From NCBI GenBank assembly GCA_030390025.1, contig CM059425.1, positions 175,214,001 to 175,278,000 on the forward strand: a stretch of 64,000 nt of DNA, read 5' to 3'. Origin of the DNA: Squalus acanthias (Eukaryota). Shown in pieces: positions 49,184 to 62,673 of the stretch; within the stretch, counting starts at the first letter, position 1; each line of letters opens with the position of its first letter. Made by a program: the position numbers and the translations under genes. Under the pieces are notes generated by a model. The model was not told the origin of the DNA and did not search any database. It worked only from the letters and a program-made list of their open reading frames with translations.

Positions 49184-49330
49184 CAAAGTTTCCTTTAAGC
49201 TGCGTGGCTGCGCAGCGCTCCAGAGAACCCGCGTAGCTGGCTTGCCGGCTTTTCAATGCAAGAAATGTGCATGTGCGGTGTTTTGAATGGCCCGGCTGCG
49301 TGGCGGCAAAAAAAATTACAGGGAACGTTG
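49184..49330. mobile_element. hAT-like MITE
   Basis: Ends CAAAGTTTCCT / AGGGAACGTTG; degenerate 8-bp TSD ATCCCAGC / GTCCCAGT. Confidence 0.7.
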
Positions 49331-50339
49331 GTCCCAGTTCCTCCACTTGTGGAATTTTCTGTCTATCTAAAGTCTCTCTTCAATTTTGTCTCTTGTTTTT
49401 TCTTTTCTCGCTTCTGTTTTTAAAATTCTTTTTCTGTCTTTTCCTCTCTCCCCATTGTATCCTCTCTCTCGCACAACTGTGATTAATTAATATGTTTACA
49501 TCTGTTCGTTTGGAAAGCTTTCAAAATTAAATTCATTTTTTTTGTTTGGAGAAAGAACTCAAATTGGCTGGTTAGCTGTGTTTGACTTGTGCTGGCTCTC
49601 GATCTAATTGATTACACTATCTCTCTGAAGCTAAGAGTGCTAGCTCTGGGTCAAAATATCAACTTCAAACTCGGGCTTCTGAAAAGATGAGACCCTCACG
49701 TAAAAACATTAATGAAGCTGCTCCAATACAGATGTACAAGTAAGTTTAATCATTTTATTGTGAAAGATCATTTAATGTGATGTGAGAAACAACAAATTTT
49801 CAGAAATTATTTTGAGCTAATTATCTCCTTACTAGGCAATTTGTATGAGTAATTAAATTCATTCAGAATGAACAAATTTGTTAATGAGCCAATTGGGTAT
49901 AGGTAATTTGCATTCAGCTGGAATAAATTTGTATATTGGCCAGTTTATTACATGGCGTTCTGGAGTTTTTATAGACATTTTGGAGTCTCAATTATACAAC
50001 TCTGTCCATTTTTGCAGGAAACTACATGGTCTTGATATTACGTTCTTTTACATATTTGATTTTTATCTCAACCTTTTTATAAGGGAAGAATATATAGGAA
50101 CAACAATAACGTCCATTTTTAAAGCACTATTTCTGTTTTAAAAAAAAAAAAAAAAATCCCAAGAAGCTTCCCAGAGGTATGAGGCAAAATGGGAATGAAG
50201 CTAACGGAGAAGAGATTAGGAGGGATGACCATAAGTTTGGTCAAAGAGGTGGCTGTGTTTTTACGGGTTAGCATTGGGTTGTATTTTGTTCGTTCTTTCT
50301 ATGGATGATTTGAACTTAATTGTAGTAAACTCAATCTCA

Positions 50340-50920
50340 GAATTTGCTGGTGACACCAAAGTATGGGTTTTGGAAAACAACAAGAACGACTGACTGTAAA
50401 TGACTTCTGGAGGTTATAGCTAGGTCAGTGGAATGGGCAAATAGGTGGCAGATGCATTTTAATGTGGAGCAGTATGGGAGGAAAAGTAAAGAATGGGATA
50501 ATGCCCTCAATTTAAATACACAGAAGGGTGTGGGTGAATTGAAAGACCTAGAGACCAAATAAATAATTCTCTGAAAGTGTGTGTGCAAGTCAATGAAGCC
50601 ATGAAAAAGCCAGTAGCATTTTTGATTTTATAAATAGGGGCATAGAGTACAAGAGTAAAGAAGTAATGATGAATTTATACAAAGCATTGATTAAGTTACT
50701 GTGTGTAGTTTTGGGCATCCCATTTATAGAAACTTGAGATTCTAGGAATACTTCCACTGGAGCAGAGAATGCTAAAAGAAGATTTGAGATTTTTTAAATT
50801 ATGAAGGGCTGTCATATGTTGAGCAAAGAAAGACCTATTTCCTCTGGATGGGGAATCATTGATGAAGGTCATCAATTTAACATTGCCATTGAAGGGGAGG
50901 AGATAGGTTAAGAGAAAGTT
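50340..50920 (+). mobile_element. Old CR1 fragment
   Basis: FAGDTK, WANRWQMHFNV, FINRGIEYKSKEV visible on +. Confidence 0.78.
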
Positions 50921-51644
50921 GCATGTTTTCATTCTGTAATCTTAGAACTGAACATTTCATGCTTTGCTGTATATTTTTTTTAAAGTCCAGTTCGTTGGAG
51001 CTTTTGCTCAACAGTTGAGCCTGCTTTTATTGTTTTGATAGTTAATTCATTTTCAATTAGTTGTGTACTCTTCATTTTATGATATTGAAAGTTGCAGGGA
51101 ATGAAACGGGAGCTTCAGTGCAAAAGCATAATGTACTTGCAACATTTGGAGAATTAATCCCAATTTAGATGCATAGTGTCTCTTTGGTATAAAATCATAT
51201 CAAATGCAAATCCGATTTGAAATTGAATGTAAATCTCCATAAACAGCCCATTTTATTTCCATATTTCTTTTAGCTACTTAAGATTTAAATGTGATATGTG
51301 GAAAAAATTATATTTAATGTTTCATAACTTTTAATTCATGACACTGCAATCCTCAGTTCAGCTTATTTTTTTGGAATATTTTCTTGCCAGTTTGAGTTAT
51401 TTCAGCCAATATTGAGTTTGACTCAATTGAGACACTTTGGATTGAGTTGGACTGTTGATCAACTAACTATTTCATTAAAAAAAACACCTATATGCAGAAG
51501 GACAAAAGACTATTACTATTCCTCCATGTATTTTGCCATTATTATGAACTATTGCAAAAGTATATTTTTTTCACAGTTCTTACTGTATTGTAGGAGAAAT
51601 TCTGCAGAAAATGTCCCTAAACTGTTGTTTTACCTGTTCTAAGG

Positions 51645-53120
51645 ATAACAACTTGCATTTATATAATCTAGAAAACCATCTCAAAGTGCTTCACAGGTGT
51701 ATTCAAAAATAAAGGTTGCTGAGCCAAAAAAGGAGATATTGGGAGGGAAAGAGATGGGTTTTCAAGAGGTTTTTTGAAGGAGAGGGAGGTGGAGAGATGA
51801 AAAGGTTTAGGAGAGCGAATTCCAGAGCGTGAGGCCCAGGTGGTGGAGACACGACTGCTAATGGTGGGGTGAAAGGGGGGTTGGATGGTCAAGAGGCCAG
51901 AGTCAGAGGAGGTTACAGAGAAAGTGAGGAGCGAGGCCATGGAGGCATTTAAACATGATTTGAGGTGTTGGTGGAGCGGGGTCCAATGTAGGTCAACAAG
52001 GATAGAGGTGATGGGTGAGTGCAGTATAGGATACAGGGAGCAGAGTTTTGGATGAGCTGAAGTTTATGAAGGATGGGAGTCCAGCTCGGAGAGCATTGGA
52101 ATAGTTGGGTCTGGAGCAATGTTCCCGCCAAGGTGTGCGCACGCAGTAAACTGAAAGGTCCCATGCAGGCTGTGCACCAGCTTTTATATTGTAAATATAA
52201 CGCATGCGCTGAAATTTAAAAGGACCGCGTATTAATAGAAACAGGCTGCGCAGCACAAAGCGCAGCTTACAGGGAACGTTGATCTGGAGGTGATAATTTC
52301 ATGGATGAGGGTTTCTGCAACAGGTGGGCTAAAGCAAGGCAGAGATTGGAGATTTTATGGAGGTGGATGTGGGCAGCCTTTGAAATGGAGCGGATATGGG
52401 GTTGAATTGAACGCCAAGGTTGTGAACAATCTGCTTCAGTCGGAGAGTGTTTGTGGATGGAATCAGTGGCAAGGGTATGGAGTTTGTGGCGAGGCCAAAG
52501 ACGATGGCTTTGATCTTCCCAGTGTTTTGCAGGTGGAAATTAAGAGTCATCCAAGACGGGGTGTCGGCCAAGCAGTCTGACAGCACAAGAGGTAACGGAG
52601 CAGTCACAAGAGCTGGTGGTAATAGCATACATGTGGAAGCTAATTCCATGTCTTCGGATGATGTAGCTGGCGAAGAGGAGGGGGCGAAGGATAGATCGTT
52701 GGGGAGGGTGGGGGGGTCTATGGTGTGTGGATGGAAAGTGAATCCATTGCTAGAGAGGCTGTGGCTGTGATTGAATAGGTAAGAGTGGAACAAAGCAAGG
52801 GCAGCCACTGAGCTGGAAAATAGAGAGGTGTGTTTGTGTCAAAGGCCACAGGGGGGCTCATGGAGGATGAGAAATGTTAATGGACCACAGTCATAGCCAC
52901 ATAGGATGTGCTTAGGGCTGTTTTGTTGTGGTAGGGGCAAAAACCTGATTCGAGCAATTCAAACAGGGAGTTGTGGGAAAGCTGGGCATGGGAGATGACC
53001 ACATGTTCAAGGACTTTGGAGAGCAAAGGGAGGTTGGAGATGGGTGGTAGCTTGCAAGGACAGAGGGGTCATGGTTGGGTTTTTGAGGGGGGTGATGACG
53101 GTGGCTTTAAAAGGGAGGGA
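51645..53120 (-). mobile_element. L2 fragment
   Basis: LHKLQLIQNSA, CLADTPSWM..NFHLQNTGK, VHNLGVQF. Confidence 0.85.
52117..52281. mobile_element. hAT-like MITE (same family as 49184, opposite orientation) inserted in L2
   Basis: TIR CAATGTTCCC / GGGAACGTTG; 8-bp TSD GTCTGGAG / ATCTGGAG. Confidence 0.82.
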
Positions 53121-53426
53121 TAAGATTAAGAATTAGTGAATACATATAAGGGCATGTTCTGAGTGGACATACAACATTGTGGCATGAGATTTTGTCCTGT
53201 TTTTGAATAGTGTTACTATATATCCATAGTTAGACGGTATTACCAGTGCCATCTTATTCTGTTAAGTAGACAATTCTATGTTGTTCCAAAATGCATATAC
53301 CTATATAATTTTTTTCCAATCGACTTGTCCTTGACAATCAGGATGAATTGAATAATGTTGTTATGGGTGCTTACAGGGCTCTAGTCTTTTAAATGGTTTG
53401 TTGTACCATATCTTTGTGTAAAAGGT

Positions 53427-55808
53427 TAGATTAGACAAGCATGTAGTAAAGGCAGTGGTTTAGATTAGACAAGCGTGTAGTAAAGGCAGAGTGGTTTTAA
53501 CGGGGGATTTTAACTTTTATATAGATTGGGATAAGCAGACTAGCACCTGTCAGAAAGGTAGTGAATTTCTTGAGTGAGTCCGGGATGGTTTTCTACAACA
53601 ATATGTCCTAGAGGCAACAAGGGGGCATGCCATATTAGATTTAGTAATGAGCAATGAGCCAGATTTAGTTAACAGCCTAACTGTGTGTGAACATTTATCC
53701 AATAGCAATCATAACATGATCGATTTCACCGTAGCATTTGAAAGAGAGAAACTCTAAACAGCTACTTAGATTCTAGATTTGGGTAAGGCCGACTTCAACA
53801 GGATGAGACAGAGACTGTCAACAGTAAACTGGGCAAATCTGTTAATGGGTAAAATGACAGAAGATCAGTGTATCAAAAAAGAATTCAAAGTGATACGGAA
53901 CCAGTTTCTACCCATGGGGGGCAAGAGCTCTACTTGCCAAAAAAAAAAGCCATGGATGACTAAAGAGGTGAGGGACAGCATAAAACTAAAAGAAAAAGCA
54001 TACAAAAATGCAAAAATAGCACAGATCCTGGCGAATGGGAAAGATACAAAGAACAGTAAAGGGTCAGAAAACAGATGGTAAGAGCTACAAAAAGGGAGTA
54101 TGAAAGGTAACTTGCAAGGGATATCAAAATCAACACAGAATTTTTACAATTATATTAGGAAAAAGAGGGTAGTCAGGAGCAATGTTGGCCCCTTAAAAAC
54201 TGAAAGTGGTAATATTGTCAATGATAAGGAAATGGCGGACATGTTGAATAATTACTTTGCGTCAGTATTTACATTAGAGGAAATCCCAAGGAAACTAACT
54301 GAATCAGGGACAGGGACTCAATAAAATTAACGTAAGTAAAATAACAGTAATGAAGAAAATAATGGCACTAAAGAGTGACAAATCCCCAGGACCAGATGGT
54401 TTCCATCCCAGGGTTTTAAAGGAAGTAGGCGAGCACATTGCAGATGCCCTAACTATAATCTTCCAAAGTAAAGTTCTCTCAATTCAGAAACTGTTCCTTT
54501 AGATTGGAAAATTGCGCATGTCACTCCGCTATTTAAGAATGGCGAGAGAGGGAAGCCAGGGAATTATAGACCAGTTAGCCTAACATCTGTTGTCGGAAAA
54601 TTGCTAGAGTCTATAATTAAGGATAGGGTGACTGAACACCTCAAATTTTCAGTTGATCAGAGAGAGTCAGCATGGATTTGTGAAAGGTAGGTCAGGCTTG
54701 ACAAACCTGATTGAATTTTTTGAGGAGGTGACTAAAGTAGTGGACAGGGGAATGCCTATGGATGTTATTTATATGGACTTCCAGAAGGCGTTTGATAAAG
54801 TCCCACATAAGAAGTTCACTGAATTGAAGGCAAATTATTGACCTGGTTAAGAAATTGGCTGAGCGACAGGAGACAGGCAATAGGGATAATAGGTAGGTAC
54901 TCAAATTGGCAGGATGTGACTAATGGTGTCCCGCAGGGATCTGTGTTGGGACCTCAACTATTCACAGTATTTATTAATGACTTAGATGATGGCATAGAAA
55001 GCCACATATCCAAATTTACCGATGACACAAAGATGGGCAGCAGTGTAGATGAAAGCATAAAATTACAAAGGGATATGGACAGATTAAGTGAATGAGCAAA
55101 ACTGTGGCAAATGGATTTCAATGTAGGCAAATGTGAGGTCATCCACTTGGGACTGAAAAGGACAGAACAGGGTACTTTCTAAATGGTGAAAAGCTAAAAG
55201 CAGTGGAGGTCCAAAGAGACTTGGGGGTCCAGGTACATAGATCATTAAAGTGTCGTGAACAGGTATTGAAAAATAATCAAAAAGGCTAATGAGATGCTGG
55301 CCTTTATATCTAGAGAACTAGAATACAAGGGGGTAGAAGTTATGCCACAGCTATACAAAACCCTGATTAGACCACACCTGGAGTACTGTGAGCAGTTCTG
55401 GGCACCACACCTTAGGAAGGATATATTGGCCTTGGAGGGAATGCAGCGTAGGTTTACCAGAATGATACCCGGGCTTCAAGGGTTAAGTTACGAGGAGAGA
55501 TTACACAAATTGGGTTTGTATTCCCTAGAATTTAGAAGGTTAAGGGGTGATCTGTTTGAAGTTTTCAAGATGTTAAGGGGAACAGAGAGAGAGAAACTAT
55601 TTTCGCTAGTTGGGGATTCTAGGACTGGGGGGCATAGTCTAAAAATTAGAGCCAGACCTTTCAGGAGTGAAATTAGGAAACACTTCTATGCACAAAGGGT
55701 AGTAGAAGTTTGGAACTATCTTCCACAAACAGCAGTTGATGCTAGATCAATTGTTAATTTTAAATCAGAGATTGATAGCTTTCAGTTAACCAAAGGTATT
55801 AAGGGTGA
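53427..55808 (+). mobile_element. CR1 ORF2 (APE to C-terminus), with a ~33-bp tandem duplication at its 5' junction
   Basis: [77 protein letters not shown] occurs twice. Confidence 0.93.
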
Positions 55809-57144
55809 TGGTGAATTTCCTTATTTAAATAGTATAAAAATGATTTTCTTTCAAGGTTGATTCATTTGTCATGTTTTCTCCATTGGTGTTCTGCACTGTG
55901 GGCCATTTCAGCTTCACACAAATTGCTAAACTTAAATATGTATGATGTATACCCCTTTTAAAAAGCATGGAGTAGTTTTCTTATTTGCAGACAAGTGAAT
56001 ATTTTCTAGTGTTGAATGCCTAAACAGCCATTTATCATGTCCACGTCACATGCTTGATTGTGTTTTTTGGCTCAACAGACTGCTCAGTTTGGTTTGTTGA
56101 CTTGGTTTGCTGCTTTGCAGACCACCTTATAATCCCTTCATAGTACTTAGGAGATGTCTAATTTGTTGTGTTCTGAGCTAGCGGAGTCATCTATCAGTGT
56201 TGAATATTAAGCATTTCTTAAATGGCCTCTTAAATGTTTTCAGACAAGATAAATGCAGATAATTTTGTCAGACGTGATGGAAATAAATTACACAGCAGCT
56301 ACGTGAATGAGAGTGGCTACTTTTGTTCATGTGGTTTTGTATCCTAATGCATTTATGACTGGATTTTTGTACTATAACTAGAGTCAGTATGACAGTACAC
56401 GTGACTCCTTGAAAGAGGAAGTCATGCTGTGCTTTGTTCTGCAGTCAGATTGGGTCCAGACTCTGGATTTACAATGCAACTTCATCATTAATGTGAAGAG
56501 AAACCACTTCAAAGAGACACTGGAGTTGTAGTGTAATTGCTGTCTTAATTGGGTAGATACATTTTCTATTACTACAGTTTAAGGTTGTGAATCCTGTTTC
56601 ATAGTTATTGTTGCTAATCATTTAATGTTATTACCGAGTTTAGACTTTGTAATATTTTTATGTATGAACAAGCTATGGCACAAACACAGGTTTTTTGAGT
56701 TACTCATTGCTTGCAAGGTAAAAACATATTAGTTTTGAAAATATCTTTTATGGGAAGAAAAAAAATCAGTAATTATGCTTAGAAAATGTTACTGTTAATG
56801 ATGGAATTATGCGATTTAATTTCTCTTTCCCAGAAATGTTCCCAAGGTTTAGGCAGGAGAACCGAGATGCAAAAGGAAAAAGGATATATTTCTTTGTCTT
56901 TTTTTCTCTTTCTGCTACCTAATTTCTGTATTTCTACTGCCAAGCCCACACTTGAGCTATGAGCTGGAGTCCGAGAACTGCCTTCCACTTTCCTTATTTT
57001 GGTATATGTTGTCCAGTGTTAACTGAGGTAATGGATAAAATGTCCAGGAAAGAAGCACTCAAGTTACCTAGTGCTCTTTGGGTCATGCCTCTTATTGGGT
57101 TGACTGTAAAATGGTATTGAGGGCAGTGCAGCGAAGTTTGACTT

Positions 57145-58975
57145 TATAAAAAAAAATGTATTCTCAGGATATGGGCATCACCAAAAAGATCATCATTTAT
57201 TGTCCATTCTCTAGTTGCCCTTGAGAAGGTGGTGGTGAGCCACCGCCTTGATCCGCTGTAGTCCATGTTATAAGAACATAAGAAATAGGAGCAGGAATAG
57301 GCCATTTGGCCCCTCGGGGCTGCTCCGCCATTCAATAAGATCATGGCTGATCTTCTACCTCATCTCCACTTTCCTGAACTATCCCCATATCCCTCGATTC
57401 CCTTAATATTCAAAAATCTGTCGATCTCTGTCTTGAATATACTCAACGACTGAGCCTCCACAGCTTCTGGGGTAGAGAATTCCAAAGATTCACCACCCTC
57501 TGAGTGAAGAAATTTCTCCTCATCTCACTCCTAAATGGCTGACCCCTTATTCTAAGACTGTGACCCCTGGTTCTGGACTCCCCAGCCAGGGGAAACATCT
57601 ACCCTGTCAAGCCCTGCAAGAATTTTGAATGTTTCAATGAAATCACCTCTCATTCTTCTAAATTCTAGAGAATATAGGCCTAGTCTACTCAATCTCTCCT
57701 CATAGGACAATCCCCCCCATCCCAGGAACCTGTCTGGTGAACCTTCGTTGCACTCCCTCCATGGCAAGTATATCCTTCCTTTGGAAGGAGACCAAAACTG
57801 TACACAATACTCCAGGTGTGGTCTCACCAGGGCCCCATATAATTGCAGTAAGATGTCTTTACTCTTATACTCAAATCCTCTTGTAATAAAGGCCAACATA
57901 CCATTTGCTTTCCTAATTGCTTGCTGTCCCTGCATGTTAACTTTCAGTGATTCTTGTACAAGGACACCCAGGTCCCTCTGAACACCAACATTTCCCAATC
58001 TCTCACCATTTAAAAAAATACTCTGCTTTTCTATTTTTCCTACCAAAGTGGATAACTTCACATTTCTCCACATTATATTCCATTTGCCATGGTCTTGCCC
58101 ACTCACTTAGCCTTTCTATATCCCCTTGAAGCCTCCTTGCATCTTCCTCACAACTTACATTCCCACCCAGCTTTGTATCATCAGCAAATTTGGATATATT
58201 ACATTTGGTCCCCTTGTCCAAATCATTGATGTAGATTGTGAATAGCTGAGGCCCAAGCTCTGATCCTTGCGGTACCCCACTAATTACAACCTGCCAACCC
58301 GAAAATGACCCGTTTATTCCTACTCTCTGTTTTCTGTCCGTGAACCAATCCTCAATCCATGCTAGTATATTACCCCCAATCCCATGAGCCCTAATTTTGT
58401 TTAATAACCTCTTGTGTGGCACTTTATCGAATGCCTTCTGAAAATCCAAATACACCACATCCAGTGGTTCCCCCTTATCTATTCTGCTAGTTACAACCTC
58501 AAAAAACTCTACAGATTCATCAAACACAATTTCCCTTTCATAAATCCGTGTTGACTCTGCCCAATCCTATTATTTTTTTTTTTAAGTGCCCTGTTACCAC
58601 GTCCTTAATAATAGATTCGAGCATTTTTCCTACTACTGATGTCAGGCTAATGGTCTGTAGTTCCCTGTTTTCTCTCTCCATCCTTTCTTAAATAGTGAGA
58701 TTACATTTGATATCTTCCAATCTGCAAAAACCATTCTAGAATCTATGGAATTTTGGAAAATGACAACCAATGCATCCACTATCTCTACAGCCAACTCTTT
58801 CAAAACCCTAGGATATAGGCCATCAGGTCCAAGGGATTTATCGGCTTTCAGTCCCAGGTACTCCCACAGTGCTGTTTGGTAGGGAGTTCCAGGATTTTGA
58901 CCCAGCAACTATGTAGGAATGGTGACATATCTCCAGGTTGAGATGGTGTGTGACTTGGAGGGTAAGTTCATCTTG
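57145..58975 (-). mobile_element. Family B LINE 3' end split by a CR1 insertion (~57270-58857)
   Basis: Family B tail at 57145-57270 resumes at ~58858 (GGTACTCCCACAGTGCTG); inner ORFs 58003-58527 and 57552-58106 are CR1 RT. Confidence 0.9.
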
Positions 58976-59821
58976 CTCTTTTGACAAGTAGAGAGTACAT
59001 TGTGAGAGATGCCATTGGAAAAAAGCGGAAGCAAAGGCAAAAATATTACTAGAGTTCTACTTTCTAAATGCCATTCCTCTGATCCATTTTTGTTTTGTGT
59101 TTTAAATATGGATATGCTGGGAAATTGACCGTGCATCTCGACATGAGCTTGTATACAATTTTTTTACTCCATAATTTGTGATGATGAGCATCTCAAGTGA
59201 TTTTCCATTTATCCAATTCAGGATTCCTTTTGAAGATAGTCATGCTGTTAATGCTCATGCATTCTTTGCTTTGCTTGCATATGAATAAAAAAGTTTTCTC
59301 AGATTTTTACCAAATTTGATAAATAAGTCTTTCAAGAGACTCTGTGCTTGTATTGTAAGATATCTGTGCAATTTAAGAATAGTGTTAAAGTAAAAGTAGA
59401 CTTTGAAAAAAGTTAAATCTGCCATATAAAGGTATTCAGGATCCTGTCTAGAAAGCAGAATAAATCCATTAATCAGACTTTTCTTTTGAGGAGCGCACAT
59501 TCATCAATACATTACTGTTAGAATTATCTTGATGTAGCTAACCAGATTAGTAAAGATTGTTGTGATGTGGTTCAAACATCTGTTAAGAGTTTTGATTGCA
59601 GCCAAACATTTTTGAGGATTTTCTCCAAATGTTCCTGGAGTGAATAAGGTTCCATTTGTGTGCAGCGTGCTGCATTAGTATTTATAAAATATTACTGCAT
59701 TTGCAGTGCTGATCCAGTTCAGTCACATGGCAACCAAATGAGCTGAATCTAATCTTGTAATGTCTTCCAAGAACTGGGACAGTTATGTTGAGCACCCATC
59801 TTGGTCGTCATAGCTTTGGTA

Positions 59822-60112
59822 TAAAGAAAGAAAGACTTGCATTGATATAGCGCCTTTCACGACCACCGGACGTCCCAAAGCACTTTACATCCAATGAAGT
59901 ACTTTTTGAAGTGTAATCACTGTTGTAATGTAGGAAACGCTGCAGCCAATTTGCACACAGCAAACTCTCAGAAACAGCAATGTGATAATGACCAGATAAA
60001 CTGTTTTTGTTATGTTGATTTGAGGGATAAATATTGGCCAGAACACCGGGGATAACTCCCCTGCTCCTCTTTGAAATAGTGCCATGGGATCTTTTACATC
60101 CCCCTGAGAGAC
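59822..60112 (-). mobile_element. Deu-type SINE (SacSINE1-like) body and tail
   Basis: GCAGCCAATTTGCACACAGCAA core; (AAAG)n tail and L2-like 3' end GACTTGCATTGATATAGCGCC. Confidence 0.75.
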
Positions 60113-60714
60113 CTCCAATTTCACCTTTTCATAGAATCATCATCATCATCAATTTCAGTAGTTTAACAGCAGTTACGGTAAGTGGACCATGGCTCTTATG
60201 ATTTGGAAACTGTACCTTTTTATCTTCTGTCCTTGCATTCTGCTTATTGAATTTAGTGGAGCCTTTAGTTACACTACAAACTGTCATTAAAATGCTGATT
60301 GTTACCATACACAAGAGGTTTACAAAGTAAATTATTCACAATTAAATTGTAACTGAAATAAACAAAAATCAGAAAACACTAAAAAAAAATTATATGAACA
60401 TACACTGTGAGAAGCTCTGTTAATGGGCCATTGGGTAAGAGCGGCATTTGATTGAGAAATAGTCTCTGACAATGATGACCATAATTCCATTTCTGAACAC
60501 TGAATTTACCCTGTCCATGTTCTTATGAATCTTCTGTACCAAATTATTCTGTCCCTCGCTGTTGAAATGAAATTTTAGAAGAACTATAATCCTGGTTCAA
60601 ACTTATACTTTGAACCTTTTAGGGTTCAAAGCCAGCATTTTGTTAACGCTTTGAATCTGCAGTTTTGAGACTTGTTCAAGTTCACTTCTTGTCAACATTT
60701 TCCAACACTCTGGT

Positions 60715-61850
60715 AATTTATTCCTCCTCGTCTTTCTCGACCGGTTGGCAGCCTTTGACACAGTTGACCACACCATCCTCCTCCAACGCCTCTCCATATT
60801 CATTCAGCTGGGTGGGACTGCACTCGCCTGGTTCCATTCTTAGCTATCCAGTCGTAGCCAGAGAATCACCTGCAATGGCTTCTCCTCCTGCTTCCGCATC
60901 GTTACCTCTGGTGTTCCCCAAGGATCTATCCTTGACACCCTCATATTTCTCATCTACATGCTGCCCCTTGGTGATCTCATCCGAAAACACAGCGCCAGTT
61001 TCCACACGTACGCTGACGACACCCAGCTCTACCTCACTACAACCTCTCTTGACCCCATCACTGTCTCTGAATTGTCAGACTGCTTGTCCGACATCCAGTA
61101 CTGGATGAGCAGAAATTTCCTCCAACTAAATATTGGGAAGACCTAAGCCATTGTCTTCAGTCCCTGCCACAAACTTTGTTCCCTAGCCACCAACTCTATC
61201 CCTTTCCCTGGCAACTGTCTGAGGCTGAACCAGACGGTTCGCAACCTTGGTGTCATATTTGGCCCCGAGATGAGCTTCTGACCACATATCTGCACCATCA
61301 CTAAAACCGCCTATTTCCACCTCCATGACTCCGCCCCTGCCTCAGCTCATCCATGCCTTTGTTACCTCTAGAATTGACTATTCCAATGCACTCCTGACCG
61401 GCTTCCCACGTTCTACCCTCCATAAACTTGAGGTCATCCAAAACTCGGCTGCCCATGTCCTAACTTGCACTAAATTCCGTTCACCCATTGCCTTGACTTA
61501 CATTGGCTCCCAGTTAAGAAACGTTTTCAAATCCCCCTCCCTATCTCTCTAATCTCCATCAGCCTTCCGAGATTTCTGCGCTCCTCCAATTCAGGCCTCT
61601 TGAGCATCCCCAATTTTAATTGCTCCTGCATTGGGGGCCATGCTTTCATCTGCCAAAGCCCTAAGCTCTGGAATTCCCTCCCTAAACCTCTACCTCTCTT
61701 TTCTCCTTTAAGACACTCCTTAAAACCTACCTTGTCATTGGCCCTAATATCTCCGTGTGGCTCGGTGTCAAATTTTGTTTGATAACGCTCATGTGGAGTG
61801 CCTTGGGATGTTTTACTACATTTAAAAGTGCTATATAAATACAACTTGTT
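60715..61850 (+). mobile_element. L2 RT to 3' end
   Basis: AAFDTVDH, GVPQGSIL, YADDTQLY, LIHAFVTSRIDYSNA, PKLWNSLP. Confidence 0.93.
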
Positions 61851-62673
61851 TTTTACACCTTTCCGTCCCCCTAGTGGCGACCATTCAGCCCCACCCCTCG
61901 TTCTCCATGCTACACCACCCCGCTTGGGCGTCTGGCCACCCACCCAGTTGTACTTGTCCCCATCCTGATGCTTCTCCTCATTGGTTTACCTATTAGTAAC
62001 AGTGCTGGGAGGATGATTTTAGGGTCTGGCTGGTTAGGGGGGAGGGAAAGGGGAGGAGAATTGATGAGTGAGGGGTGGATAATGCTGGGAAACTGACCAT
62101 TTTTAAAAGTAGTCTATTTATAGCATTAAGTACTTTATTTAAAAAAACAAATTGCTAATTTGGTTTCGAGGGAGAGATGTAACTAGGAAAGATACAGGAG
62201 ACATTGGAGTAGTGGGAAGGGGAACAGGTTGAATGGTGGAGGAAATAGGGTTGGAGCTGGAGGAGAAGACATTAAGTGTGGGGTTCACTGCGCCAACCCC
62301 TTCACATTAGTTGCCCTTACTGCCACTGTGGCCCAACACCCCAACACTGGACTGTGCCCCAGCCACATCCCTCCCCACCTGCAACTTAAATCTTCTCTGC
62401 AGCTCTGCCCATACTTTCTTCTGACCACTATTACAAAAAGTGAATGTACAGAACAGCAAAGACAAAGAAAGAGAAAAACCAAAGATAACACTGAGAAATA
62501 GAAAAGAACAGAAGGGTAGAGAAACAGAAAAAGACAACAAGTCTACCAAAGAGAACAGAGACAGGCAAGACAGATGCGCTTTGATTTGGCGTGAGCAATA
62601 TCATGGCAGGCTGCCTTGTTTGAAACCAATGATCCATTACCTATCTGTTATAAAAACAGTCCTTTCCACCTCC

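Noticed and set aside
61862..61880. CTCF-like motif CCCCCTAGTGGC
   Set aside because: Mismatch at a strongly conserved position; a single motif hit in 64 kb is expected by chance.
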